Assembly: GCA_964499685.1 (NCBI GenBank)
Contig: CAZCLW010000002.1
Span: 93,013 to 157,012 of the forward strand
Length of the DNA stretch: 64,000 nt
From: an uncultured Planctomycetales bacterium
Lineage (GTDB): Bacteria > Omnitrophota > Gorgyraeia > Zapsychrales > GWA2-47-8
Direction: 5' to 3'
Part shown: in pieces, positions 1-8,740 of the stretch
Layout of the letters: each line of letters begins with the position of its first letter
Numbering within the stretch: the stretch's first letter is position 1
Program-made: the position numbers and the translations under genes
Notes under the pieces: model-generated
The model's database searches: none
The model's input: only the letters and a program-made list of their open reading frames with translations
What the model was told of the DNA's origin: nothing

Positions 1-42
1 GATTTCTTTAACCGCGAGGTCGGCCCGACCAGTTATATCATC

Positions 43-483
43 ATGAGCGTCATCGCGGTGTTGTTCTACAGTCAGGGAAAGGCCAAAATGCTTTATCTCG
101 AAGAGGCCGGCGGTATCCGCAAAAGCATTTTGGTCGTCGACGACGATCCTTCCTTGCTTAAATCCATTAAACCTTTATTGCTGTCCAAGGGATTCAGCGT
201 CCTGACCGCCCTGACGGGCGAGAAGGGGCTGCAGATCGCCAAGCGCCAGAAACCCGACCTTATCCTTCTGGACGTCATTCTTCCGGGGATCAAGGGAAGA
301 CAGGTCTGCGCCAAATTAAAGGAAGACGCCGATACCCAGCGCATCCCGGTCATTTTCCTGACCGCCAAGGATTCACCCGACGATGTCAAGGCGGAGCTCG
401 CCGTCGGTGCCATTGCCCACGTGACCAAGCCTTTTAACTCGAACAAATTGCTGGAAGAGATCAAGAAAGCCTTGCCTTCCTGA
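43..483 (+). CDS. Response regulator receiver domain protein (CheY-like, stand-alone REC)
   Basis: Translation contains the canonical receiver fold motifs (VVDDD...LILLDVILPG...TAK). An alternative start exists at the ATG at 88. Confidence 0.8.
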   Translation: MSVIAVLFYSQGKAKMLYLEEAGGIRKSILVVDDDPSLLKSIKPLLLSKGFSVLTALTGEKGLQIAKRQKPDLILLDVILPGIKGRQVCAKLKEDADTQRIPVIFLTAKDSPDDVKAELAVGAIAHVTKPFNSNKLLEEIKKALPS

Positions 484-509
484 AGACTTGCATGCCTGTG
501 TGATCCGGA

Positions 510-1478
510 GTGCAATTTCACATGAGATGGGAAGACCGTATTAAAATTTTTAAACGCATGATGGCGCGCCGCGGCCTCTTTTTTGCCACGGGGCTGCTCA
601 AAAAAATATCCTATCCGGCCCTGCATGGCCTGACCACGGTCTTTTTTACCGTCGGATTTCCCTTCCTGATCAAACAAAAACGCATGGCCCGCGAAAGCCT
701 GGAGATCGCCTTCGGGAAAGAAAAAAGCAAGGTCGAGATCGACCGCATTTTTCACGCCTGTTTTGAAAACCTGGCGCGCGGCATGATGGAATTGATGTAC
801 TACATGGAGCATCCGGAGTGGATCACGAAAAAGACATATTTCGAAGGCAAGGAACATCTGGATGCGGCCCTGCGGCAGGGCAAGGGTGTCATTCTGGTCA
901 GCGCGCATTTCGGTATTTTCCCTCTGATGCTGCTGCGCTGCGTTCAGGAAGGATACGCAACAAGCGCCATCATCCGCCAGACGCGCGATGAAACCGTCGA
1001 AAAATATTTTCAGGACCTGCGCACGCGCCTGGGATTGAAGACGATCTACGCCCTTCCGCGCAAAGAATGCGTGGACACGGCCCTTAAGGCCCTGCGCAAC
1101 AATGAACTGGTCTTTATCCCGCTCGACCAGAATTTCGGCAGCGGACGCGGGGTCTTCGTGGAATTTTTTGGCCAGCAGGCCGCGACCGCGACGGGACCGG
1201 TCGTGCTTTCCCTGCGTACGGGCGCGCCGATCGTGCCGATCTTCACCATCCGCGAAAACGATGAACGGCATAAGATCATTGTCGAACCGGCAATGACCCT
1301 GGAGCACAGGGAGGACGACAAGGAAACGGTGCAGGTCAATATCGCCAGGATCACCCGCCTGATCGAAGACTATATCCGGCGTTATCCGCAGGAGTGGGGA
1401 TGGATGCACCGGCGCTGGAAGACCCAGCCGGCAAGTACAGAGTCTGCCGCGGAAACGGCGGGGGAACAGATCGTATAA
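510..1478 (+). CDS. Lipid A biosynthesis lauroyl/myristoyl acyltransferase family protein (LpxL/HtrB-like lysophospholipid acyltransferase)
   Basis: 322 aa with an N-terminal hydrophobic anchor. The VSAHFGIFPLM segment resembles the HX4D acyltransferase region of the LpxL family, and the length is typical. Confidence 0.65.
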   Translation: MQFHMRWEDRIKIFKRMMARRGLFFATGLLKKISYPALHGLTTVFFTVGFPFLIKQKRMARESLEIAFGKEKSKVEIDRIFHACFENLARGMMELMYYMEHPEWITKKTYFEGKEHLDAALRQGKGVILVSAHFGIFPLMLLRCVQEGYATSAIIRQTRDETVEKYFQDLRTRLGLKTIYALPRKECVDTALKALRNNELVFIPLDQNFGSGRGVFVEFFGQQAATATGPVVLSLRTGAPIVPIFTIRENDERHKIIVEPAMTLEHREDDKETVQVNIARITRLIEDYIRRYPQEWGWMHRRWKTQPASTESAAETAGEQIV

Positions 1479-1489
1479 GAGGAGCGGAC

Positions 1490-1663
1490 ATGGCCCAAAA
1501 AACGAATAAAACAGTCTTGGGAGCGATCGGCGCCGTGTGTGTGGTTGTGGGCGTTGGCTTGATCCTCGCATGGTGGCCCAGCCTGGTCGTGGTTTTCAAG
1601 GGGGTGGCTGGTTTTGCCTTGGCGCTGGCCGGGATGTTCATCCTGTACACCGTCAGGGAATAA
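1490..1663 (+). CDS. Small two-helix membrane protein, hypothetical
   Basis: Internal ATG (MAQKTNK...) inside ORF 1394..1663. It is preceded by AAGAGGAG and begins right after the stop of the acyltransferase, and it has two hydrophobic helices. Confidence 0.4.
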   Translation: MAQKTNKTVLGAIGAVCVVVGVGLILAWWPSLVVVFKGVAGFALALAGMFILYTVRE

Positions 1664-1745
1664 GCGCTCTAAAAAATTGAAAATTGATTTTTAATTTCGG
1701 TTTTCACAATTATAATAAAAGAGAAATCGAAAGAGAGGATATTTT

Positions 1746-1826
1746 ATGAGTAAGCGTAAACGTCGCGGTAAATTGAACTGGCGTTCGAAGCGCGCCAATC
1801 ACGGGCGCAAACCCACGCGCGGTTAA
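1746..1826 (+). CDS. 26-aa highly basic peptide, possibly ribosomal protein bTHX-like (MSKRKRRGKLNWRSKRANHGRKPTRG)
   Basis: Strong RBS (AGAGAGGA) 7 nt upstream of the ATG. A TATAAT box lies about 30 nt upstream. The RRGK-x-W-R...R-K-P pattern resembles Thermus Thx (bTHX). It is too short for the ORF track. Confidence 0.35.
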   Translation: MSKRKRRGKLNWRSKRANHGRKPTRG

Positions 1827-1850
1827 TAAGACCTGATTTTCAGCCTGGTG

Positions 1851-2240
1851 ATGAGACCCTTCAAGTCCTTACAAGCGGCTTTTCTTTCAGTTTTGATCCT
1901 GTCGATGAGCGGGTGTGTTTACCTTGTTGTCGGCAGCCTCGGGGCTCTGGGCGGGTATGTGATCAGCCCTGATACGGTCGAAGGTATAACCGGTTATGAA
2001 CAGTCCGAGATCTGGGACGCGGCCATCGAGATCCTGTCGATCATGGGCACGATCGACGAGGACCAGGCCGAGGGCGGGATCATCGTCGCCAAGGTCAACG
2101 GCACCAAGGTCACGGTCAACATTTCACCGATCAGTAGCCGTACCAACAAAATCACGGTCAAGGCCCGGAAGGGTATCTTCCCGAAGATCGCGGTGGCCCA
2201 GGAAATTTACGTCAAGATCATGACCCGCCTCAGCGAATAA
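1851..2240 (+). CDS. Lipoprotein of unknown function (signal peptide plus lipobox LSMSGC)
   Basis: The N-terminal hydrophobic segment ends in a lipobox-like L-S-M-S-G-C, followed by a soluble beta-rich region. The ORF-table start is a GTG at 1848. Confidence 0.55.
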   Translation: MRPFKSLQAAFLSVLILSMSGCVYLVVGSLGALGGYVISPDTVEGITGYEQSEIWDAAIEILSIMGTIDEDQAEGGIIVAKVNGTKVTVNISPISSRTNKITVKARKGIFPKIAVAQEIYVKIMTRLSE

Positions 2241-2336
2241 CCCTTCTTTTTCCGCCAAAGCGCATAATCAATCATTGACAGTTTTAATGGCGTTGGTATA
2301 AAATGTGTCCTTATTCTAGGGCTCTTTGGAGGCTTT

Positions 2337-2409
2337 GCCGAGATAGCTCAGGTAGTAGAGCGCAGGACTGAAAATCCTGGCGTCCCCAGTGCAAGTCTGG
2401 GTCTCGGCA
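2337..2409 (+). tRNA. tRNA-Phe (anticodon GAA)
   Basis: Cloverleaf readable by eye. Acceptor stem GCCGAGA/TCTCGGC, D-arm GCTCAGGTAGTAGAGC, anticodon stem CAGGA/TCCTG with loop CTGAAAA, T-arm CCCAG-TGCAAGT-CTGGG. The T-loop is slightly atypical. Confidence 0.75.
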
Positions 2410-2425
2410 CTTTCCTTACGCTTCT

Positions 2426-3967
2426 TTATTCCTCAAGCGGCTCCCACACCATCATCTTTAATTCCGATCCTACCTTGGCCGTGGTCAATAGTAAATTTTC
2501 TTTCAAGCGATAATTTTTTATCAGGATATCCTCCGGGACCGGTTCACGTGAACCTTGGGAGAGAATGATCAATTTGAATTCGCGTTGCGCGATCGCGTCC
2601 CTGATTTCCGTCTTATATTCGTCAAATCGGGAGAGGATCCTTTGGTCGGCCGAACGGTTCAGAATTGACGGGGGATAGGCGCCCAGGACAAAATATTCCG
2701 ATGTCCCTGAGAAGTGGATCTCTTGGCCCAGGCTTTGCCGTAAAGGCGTGAGAACGGGAGAAGCGAGGATTTTTTTATCCGTGGAGGCGATGTCATAGAG
2801 CCTTTGCCAGGCCGAGACATCGCCGTTTATTTTTTGTATGTCCTGCACTTTCAGCAGGCGGAAGCACAGATAGTACATATTAAGGACCAGAACGATCGCG
2901 ATCAGCGCCGACCAGGTTTTAAGCCGGGGCGTTAGACCAAAGATCCAGATGACCAAAAAAGGCGCGACAAGATGGAGATGATAAAGCATCCACACCCCGC
3001 TGCTGCGGCCCATGGTAAAGAGGACCAGGATAGAGGAAAGAACGAGGCAGAAGAAAGAAAGATCACCGCGGGCCTGAATCAACGGCCTTGAACGCTCACC
3101 CTTGAGCCGTTCGCGCAGCGTTATCGCCGTCGCCCACACCCAGATAAAAAACACCCCGCCAAAAATCCTGATCATGGCGATGAATTGCAGCCGGGAGAAA
3201 TCGAGGCCATGATATCCCACCCCCGCAAAAGCCATGTGCGTAAAGAGCACATTGTTAAAATAAAATTCCGAAATATGCTCGACGAACAACGCGCTGGCAG
3301 CCAGCAATCCCAGCGAAAGCGCGCCGTAGAGAAGCCCTTTTTCCTTTGACACAAAAAAGAACAAAAAAAGCGCCAGGAAGGGAATGCCCAACACGAAATA
3401 GACCTTGGTGTAGAATGCCGCCACGCCCAGAAGCGCGCTCAGTACGAGACTGGAGGACGAAAATTGCCGCAGGTACGGAAGCCAAAGGGTGGAAAGAAAA
3501 AGGAACAGGCCGAGCCCGTCGGGTTTGGCCAAAGGTGTCGTGTAATACAGCCAGGCGGCATAAAGGAGCGCGGTCCCGCCGAGGTTTAAAAGAACAGGCA
3601 CGCCTTTACGCTTAAGGACAAGGAATACGAGGCTTGCGCTCAGAAGAATGAAGACGCCGTTAACGGCTCGGTGGACGGGAAGGGTGGGCCCGAATACCTT
3701 GGCGAACGGAAACACCGCCAGGTTATAAACAATGCCGTAAATGTTCGTGTATTGCGGCTGGATGGAAAGGCTGAAAGGGTCGCGGCCTTTGAGCAGAAGT
3801 TCCGTGGTCAAGGCCGGTGCGCCTTCGCGGTACTCCAGCGGAAAAGGGTTGTTGACCAATTGGACGTGGTAACGCAGAAGCAGGACAATGAAGAGGAAGC
3901 AGGCAGCGCCAAACAGAGCGGCAAGAAGGATGTGAGCGGAAGGCCTCGGAGAGGGCTTGTCGGGCAT
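2426..3967 (-). CDS. GT-C fold membrane glycosyltransferase, ArnT/PMT (GT83/GT39)-like
   Basis: 513 aa with more than 10 predicted TM helices. The N-terminal region shows the ArnT/PMT_2-like pattern, with a periplasmic loop after TM1 and a C-terminal soluble domain. Confidence 0.5.
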   Translation of the reverse strand: MPDKPSPRPSAHILLAALFGAACFLFIVLLLRYHVQLVNNPFPLEYREGAPALTTELLLKGRDPFSLSIQPQYTNIYGIVYNLAVFPFAKVFGPTLPVHRAVNGVFILLSASLVFLVLKRKGVPVLLNLGGTALLYAAWLYYTTPLAKPDGLGLFLFLSTLWLPYLRQFSSSSLVLSALLGVAAFYTKVYFVLGIPFLALFLFFFVSKEKGLLYGALSLGLLAASALFVEHISEFYFNNVLFTHMAFAGVGYHGLDFSRLQFIAMIRIFGGVFFIWVWATAITLRERLKGERSRPLIQARGDLSFFCLVLSSILVLFTMGRSSGVWMLYHLHLVAPFLVIWIFGLTPRLKTWSALIAIVLVLNMYYLCFRLLKVQDIQKINGDVSAWQRLYDIASTDKKILASPVLTPLRQSLGQEIHFSGTSEYFVLGAYPPSILNRSADQRILSRFDEYKTEIRDAIAQREFKLIILSQGSREPVPEDILIKNYRLKENLLLTTAKVGSELKMMVWEPLEE

Positions 3968-3976
3968 AAGAAGTTA

Positions 3977-4049
3977 AGCTGGCGAGAGGAATTGAACCTC
4001 CGACCCGCGCATTACGAATGCGCTGCTCTACCAACTGAGCTACGCCAGC
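3977..4049 (-). tRNA. tRNA-Thr (anticodon CGT)
   Basis: The reverse complement gives GCTGGCG-TA-GCTCAGTTGGTAGAGC-A-GCGCA TTCGTAA TGCGC-GGGTC-GGAGGTTCAATTCCTCT-CGCCAGC. This is the classic D and T arms with anticodon CGT. Confidence 0.85.
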
Positions 4050-4114
4050 GCTGTTTATCAAATAGACGATTTCTCAGGTGAAAAACTGTCCTATTGTAGC
4101 CGATAACGCCAAAA

Positions 4115-6067
4115 TTGACAATATCTGGGTTTAGGAAAAATTCATTTTCGCGGTTAGTCAACTTTCCAAGTTATGCTAAAGTATTAATACTATTTAATGC
4201 CATGAAAAGATCCACGACGGCCAATTTTTGGAACAATCCGCGGCTTATTATCCTCCCGCTGGTCCTGTGCTTCGCGGCGTATTCGTTCATGCTGACCGCG
4301 CCGTTCAAGACCCTCGACGACGAATTTATCATCGAAAAGAACGAAACGATCCGCAGTTTCGCCAATGTGGGCAAGGTCTTTCGCTCGTCTTTTTTCGGCG
4401 GGAACGCCTACTACCGGCCGCTGGTCACCTTCAGCCACATGATCGAGTACCATTTTTACGGCCTCGATACGTTCTACTATAATCTCACCAATATTTTCCT
4501 GCACCTATTCTCAACGCTTTTGGTCTTCGCCCTGGCGCGGCTCTTGCTTAAAAAGCAGCCCGAGGCTCTGTTCATCGCCTCGCTTTTTGCCATTCATCCG
4601 GTGCACTGGGAAGCGATCGCCAACATCGCGGGCCGCTCCATCATCCTTTGCGGGCTTTTCAATCTGGCCGCGTTTTGTTTGTATGTCCTTTACCGACGGG
4701 AAAAGAAGACGGCGCTGCTGGCCGGTTCGCTGGGATGTTTTCTCCTGGCGCTTTTGTCCAAGGAGGCCGCCGGCGTTTTTCCAGGGCTTTTGCTCGCTTA
4801 CGAGTGGTTCCTGGAAAAAAAGAATTTCCGGCACTGGAAAGAAGTGGCGCAGGCGGTGGCGCCTTTCATCATTCTTGAACTTGTTTACATCCTTTGGCGC
4901 CATTCCTTGGGCATCACCAAATTTTTTTACTGGCGCAACATCGGTGAGAACATTCTCGGATTTTTGACCTTTTTGCGCAGTGTGATCACCGACGTGCGGC
5001 TCTTCCTGTGGCCGGTTGATCTGCATTTTGACCGGATGCAGAGGGTCTTTCTGTTCTTTTCCGAACCCCAGGCTGTCCTGACCTTGTTGATCGTCCTGAC
5101 CGCGGCCGCGCTGTTGGGCCGTTCCTGGAAGGATATCCCGGCGGCGGCCAAATTTTTCTTCTGCTGGTTCTTCATTGAACTTCTGCCCGTCGCGCAGATC
5201 CTGGTCTCGGTGGGCGTTCAGCCCGGGTATATTTCGACCGCCGAACATTTCCTCTATACACCGTCGGTCGGTTTTTTTGCCGTCTTGGTCTTGACGGTGC
5301 AGGCCCTTGTTAAAAGATATCCGCGCTTTTTAACGGCCTTTACCGTGACTGCCTGCGCCGGCGCGTATTTTGTTTTTCTGTTTCTTATCACTGTTGAACA
5401 GGCGATCTACGCCTCCAGTGAGACCACCATGTTCGAACGCACCTTGCGCCTGAGCCCGGACAACAGCCGCATCCGCACCTCACTTGCCTTGTCTTTTGCC
5501 CGGCAAAAGGACTTCAAGGCCGCCGAATATCATTTCCGCAGATCCGTAGAATCCAATCCCTATAACAACCGCGGCCGGATAGGCCTGGGCCGTTCGCTCT
5601 ATGATCAGGGCCGTTATTTCGAGGCCATGCAGGAGTTCGAGAAAGTGGACGATCCCGGGAATTTACGCGAGAACCTGGTCAAAAATCTCGATGAGACTTA
5701 CCGTAAACTGGTCGAGGCTTACCAGAAGCGGATACAAAAGGAGCCCGACAACGGCCGGATGCATTACAGTCTGGGCCTCATTTATACCAAGCAGAATTAT
5801 GACCTGGGCGCCATTGAGGCCTACAAGCGGGCCCTGCGCCTGGATCCGCGATTAAAAGAAGCGCAGTTGAATTTGGCCTCGACTTACGCTAAATTAGGCG
5901 ATATACCAAACGCCATAGACGCCTATCGCCGGCTCCTGGAGATGAAGGGCCCCAAAGACGCGATCGACTATCATGCCGCGGAGCATCTTTCCGGTCTTTA
6001 CCGCCGCAGCGGCGAGGAAGAAAAGGCGGCGTACTATGAAGAGATGGCGGAGAAATTAAAACTTTAA
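4115..6067 (+). CDS. TPR-repeat membrane protein with TMTC/PMT_2-like (DUF1736-type) N-terminal domain, putative GT-C glycosyltransferase
   Basis: An N-terminal domain of about 420 aa with multiple TM helices includes a YYRPLVTF...NIFLHL segment. The C-terminal 220 aa is predicted to form TPR-like helical repeats; no TPR sequence match was confirmed. The true start may be the ATG at 4202. Confidence 0.55.
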   Translation: MTISGFRKNSFSRLVNFPSYAKVLILFNAMKRSTTANFWNNPRLIILPLVLCFAAYSFMLTAPFKTLDDEFIIEKNETIRSFANVGKVFRSSFFGGNAYYRPLVTFSHMIEYHFYGLDTFYYNLTNIFLHLFSTLLVFALARLLLKKQPEALFIASLFAIHPVHWEAIANIAGRSIILCGLFNLAAFCLYVLYRREKKTALLAGSLGCFLLALLSKEAAGVFPGLLLAYEWFLEKKNFRHWKEVAQAVAPFIILELVYILWRHSLGITKFFYWRNIGENILGFLTFLRSVITDVRLFLWPVDLHFDRMQRVFLFFSEPQAVLTLLIVLTAAALLGRSWKDIPAAAKFFFCWFFIELLPVAQILVSVGVQPGYISTAEHFLYTPSVGFFAVLVLTVQALVKRYPRFLTAFTVTACAGAYFVFLFLITVEQAIYASSETTMFERTLRLSPDNSRIRTSLALSFARQKDFKAAEYHFRRSVESNPYNNRGRIGLGRSLYDQGRYFEAMQEFEKVDDPGNLRENLVKNLDETYRKLVEAYQKRIQKEPDNGRMHYSLGLIYTKQNYDLGAIEAYKRALRLDPRLKEAQLNLASTYAKLGDIPNAIDAYRRLLEMKGPKDAIDYHAAEHLSGLYRRSGEEEKAAYYEEMAEKLKL

Positions 6068-6080
6068 AAAAGGAAACTCC

Positions 6081-7337
6081 TTGTTCAGATTTATACGTCT
6101 CAGCGAACACAGTAATTTCTTGCGGCTTTGGTGGGCGCAGCTCATCTCGCAGCTCGGTGACCGCATTCATCAGATGGCTCTGATCGCTCTTATCGCCGAA
6201 AAAGCGCCCGGCTCGGCCTTGGAGCTGGCCAAGCTGCTTTCATTCACCATCATCCCCGTCTTCATCGTCGGCCCGATCGCCGGCGTGTATGTGGACCGCT
6301 GGGACCGGCGCACCACGCTTTTTGCATGCGATTTCCTGCGTGGCATGCTGGTCACGCTTATCCCCCTTATTTTTATTTTGCGTGATTCCATGGTGCCGAT
6401 CTATATCATCGTCTTTTTGGTCTTCTGTCTAAGCCGCTTTTATGTTCCTGCCAAACTTTCCTTCGTGCCCGACCTGGTCGACAACGAGCATCTGTTGGCC
6501 GCCAACTCACTGCTTACGACCAGCGGCATGATCGCCTTCGTCATCGGCTGCGCGTTAGGCGGTTTTCTCGTCGATAAAATAGGCGCACGCGGCGGCTTTA
6601 TCATCGATGCCTGGACGTTCTTTCTCTCCGGGATGCTGGTCTTTTCGATCGTCCGGCCGCTCAAGTTCGACAGGCAGAAAATCCTGGCGACCGGGGAAGA
6701 GATGCTCGGCGTCATCAAAAAGTCCCTCTGGGATGAGTTCAAGGAAGGCCTTGTCTATCTCAAAAACCATAAAGAGATCCGTTTTATCATCAATATGCTC
6801 TTTACGCTGTTTGCCGCCGCGGGCGCGATCTATGTCGTGATTATCGTATTTATCCAGCAGACGTTCCAAAGCGTCACCAAGGATTTGGGTATCCTGGCTG
6901 TCCTGCTGGGGGTGGGCCTGTTTTTCGGGGTCATTCTGTACGGAAAATGGGGGAAGCGTTTCGCCTGGGACAAGACCATATTCTTCTGCCTGACCTTCGG
7001 CGGGATCGCGCTGAGTTTCTTTGCCTGGATCACATACAACTATCCCAGTCTGGCGTTTGCGGGAATGCTTTCGGTCCTGATCGGCATGATCAGCGGCCCA
7101 ATTTTCATTGCGGCCAACACCATGACCCAGCAGGTCTGCGAACAGAGCATGCGCGGGAAGGTCTTCAGCGCGCTCGAGATCGTGATCCATTTCGCGTTCC
7201 TGATCGCCATGTTCATCAGTTCCGTGCTTTCGGAGCATGTCGAGCGCGTTTGGATCCTGGCTGTGGTGGGCGGCCTCATTATGCTCGTCGGCTTGGCCGG
7301 ATTTGTAAGGTCCAAGAAGCCCTTGTCAGGCGTTTAG
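6081..7337 (+). CDS. MFS transporter (DHA3/EntS-like efflux family)
   Basis: 418 aa with 12 predicted TM helices and an N-terminal LRLWWAQLISQLGDRIHQMAL motif typical of macrolide/enterobactin-exporter-type MFS proteins. Confidence 0.8.
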   Translation: MFRFIRLSEHSNFLRLWWAQLISQLGDRIHQMALIALIAEKAPGSALELAKLLSFTIIPVFIVGPIAGVYVDRWDRRTTLFACDFLRGMLVTLIPLIFILRDSMVPIYIIVFLVFCLSRFYVPAKLSFVPDLVDNEHLLAANSLLTTSGMIAFVIGCALGGFLVDKIGARGGFIIDAWTFFLSGMLVFSIVRPLKFDRQKILATGEEMLGVIKKSLWDEFKEGLVYLKNHKEIRFIINMLFTLFAAAGAIYVVIIVFIQQTFQSVTKDLGILAVLLGVGLFFGVILYGKWGKRFAWDKTIFFCLTFGGIALSFFAWITYNYPSLAFAGMLSVLIGMISGPIFIAANTMTQQVCEQSMRGKVFSALEIVIHFAFLIAMFISSVLSEHVERVWILAVVGGLIMLVGLAGFVRSKKPLSGV

Positions 7338-7382
7338 AAAAAGGGCATACTTAATGAGTATGTGAAGCAAAAGGAGCAAGCA

Positions 7383-8003
7383 ATGCCACGGTTCGCTGTC
7401 TTTGTTTCCGGTAACGGTTCCAATCTGCAGGCCATTATCGATGCGGTAAAATCAGGTGAGATCAAGGCCGAGCTTGTCTTGGTTTTTTCCAGCAACGAAA
7501 AAGCCTTTGCCTTAAAGCGCGCCGAAGAGGCCGGTATCAAGACGCTCGTCTTGGACCCTAAGAATTACACCAACCGTCAAAGTTACGACCGCGACATCAT
7601 CATTCGCCTGAAGGAATTTAACATCGATTTTATCGCCATGGCTGGCTATATGCGGCTGCTGACCCCGTTTTTCCTCAAGAATTATCCGCGCAAGGTGCTC
7701 AATGTGCACCCTTCGCTCTTGCCTTCCTTTAAAGGCGTGCAGGGGATCAAGGACGCCATGACCTATGGCGCCAAGGTGACCGGCGTGACCATCCACTTTG
7801 TCGACGAGAAAATGGACCACGGCCCCATCATCCTGCAGGAATCCGTCAAGATCGCCGACAATGACACCCTCGAGAGCCTCACTGAAAAAGTCCACAAGCT
7901 TGAGCACAAATTGTATCCGAAAGCCATCCAGCTTTTTGTCGAAGGAAAGCTCAAGGTCAAAGGGCGCAAGGTACAAGTACTGGAAAAAAGCGAACCGCGG
8001 TAA
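7383..8003 (+). CDS. purN: Phosphoribosylglycinamide formyltransferase PurN
   Basis: FAVFVSGNGSNLQAIIDA...NVHPSLLPSFKG...HFVDEKMDHGPII matches the formyl-transferase catalytic motifs (N, H, D). RBS AAAGGAG upstream. An alternative upstream ATG exists at 7362. Confidence 0.85.
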   Translation: MPRFAVFVSGNGSNLQAIIDAVKSGEIKAELVLVFSSNEKAFALKRAEEAGIKTLVLDPKNYTNRQSYDRDIIIRLKEFNIDFIAMAGYMRLLTPFFLKNYPRKVLNVHPSLLPSFKGVQGIKDAMTYGAKVTGVTIHFVDEKMDHGPIILQESVKIADNDTLESLTEKVHKLEHKLYPKAIQLFVEGKLKVKGRKVQVLEKSEPR

Positions 8004-8005
8004 GA

Positions 8006-8740
8006 ATGTCGCAAAAACGCAAAAGCATCTTGCTGTGTGCAGGCTTTCTCGCCTCCATCGCCCTGACTGTTTTTGTCATCCACCGGATCAACTGGTCACT
8101 TTCGCTTAAAGTCCTCGCGGAAACCTTCCTCAATATTCTTATCCTCGGAAGTCTTCTTTTGTTCCGTCCTTTTCGCGCATATATCCTGCGCCTGCCCTTG
8201 CCGCATCTGACAGTTCTGTCCACCCTGATCTATGGATTATGTGTCGGCCAACTCATCCCCGCGGCCCGCACTACATTCCCGTTCGTTCCATGGCAGATGT
8301 TCGCCAACGTGATGAAAGAAGGCGTGTATTATGCGTACTGGGGATTAAGCCCCTCCGGGGCGCGTGTCCGGATCAATGTGGGAGCGGTATTCCCGTCTTT
8401 GCGTGAAGGACGCATCAGCGGGGGATTAAGACAGCGCATGAGCTCGATCCGCAATGGGGGAACGAAGCCGCCATCGGAAGAGGTCCAGGGCCGCAAAGGT
8501 GTTTTGCGCACAGCAGCCCTTTTTGTTCGTAAAAGTCTCATTGATGAATATGATGCGCAGCCTTCTTTGGCGGAGAGAAAGAAGCAATTCAATGACATAT
8601 TGATCGCGATAGGAGAGATGTATAATCGCAAAACCCATGAACCGGTTCATTCCCTGGAGGTTTCGCGGTGCGTCATCGCTCTGGCCGACCAAGCCCCGCG
8701 GTGCGAGACCGTCTGGCAAGTCGATCTGGAACACCCATGA
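8006..8740 (+). CDS. Hypothetical membrane protein (N-terminal TM bundle plus soluble C-terminus)
   Basis: 244-aa ORF that follows purN with a 2-nt gap. It has 3-4 N-terminal TM helices and no recognised motifs. Confidence 0.4.
   Translation: MSQKRKSILLCAGFLASIALTVFVIHRINWSLSLKVLAETFLNILILGSLLLFRPFRAYILRLPLPHLTVLSTLIYGLCVGQLIPAARTTFPFVPWQMFANVMKEGVYYAYWGLSPSGARVRINVGAVFPSLREGRISGGLRQRMSSIRNGGTKPPSEEVQGRKGVLRTAALFVRKSLIDEYDAQPSLAERKKQFNDILIAIGEMYNRKTHEPVHSLEVSRCVIALADQAPRCETVWQVDLEHP

Noticed and set aside
93-1571. 492-aa minus-strand ORF spanning the receiver and acyltransferase genes
   Set aside because: Arg/Pro/Gly-rich low-complexity translation that is antisense to two well-supported + strand genes. 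This is typical of a high-GC antisense open frame.
3723-4061. 112-aa ORF on the minus strand (MINSAGVAQLVEQRIRNARVGGSIP...)
   Set aside because: It is the familiar spurious translation that runs through a tRNA gene (tRNA-Thr, 3977-4049). The AQLVEQ...VGGSIP peptide is the classic tRNA read-through artefact.
4511-5248. 245-aa minus-strand ORF inside the TPR membrane protein gene
   Set aside because: Antisense to a gene with clear TM/TPR structure. The composition is highly charged and low-complexity, with no RBS.
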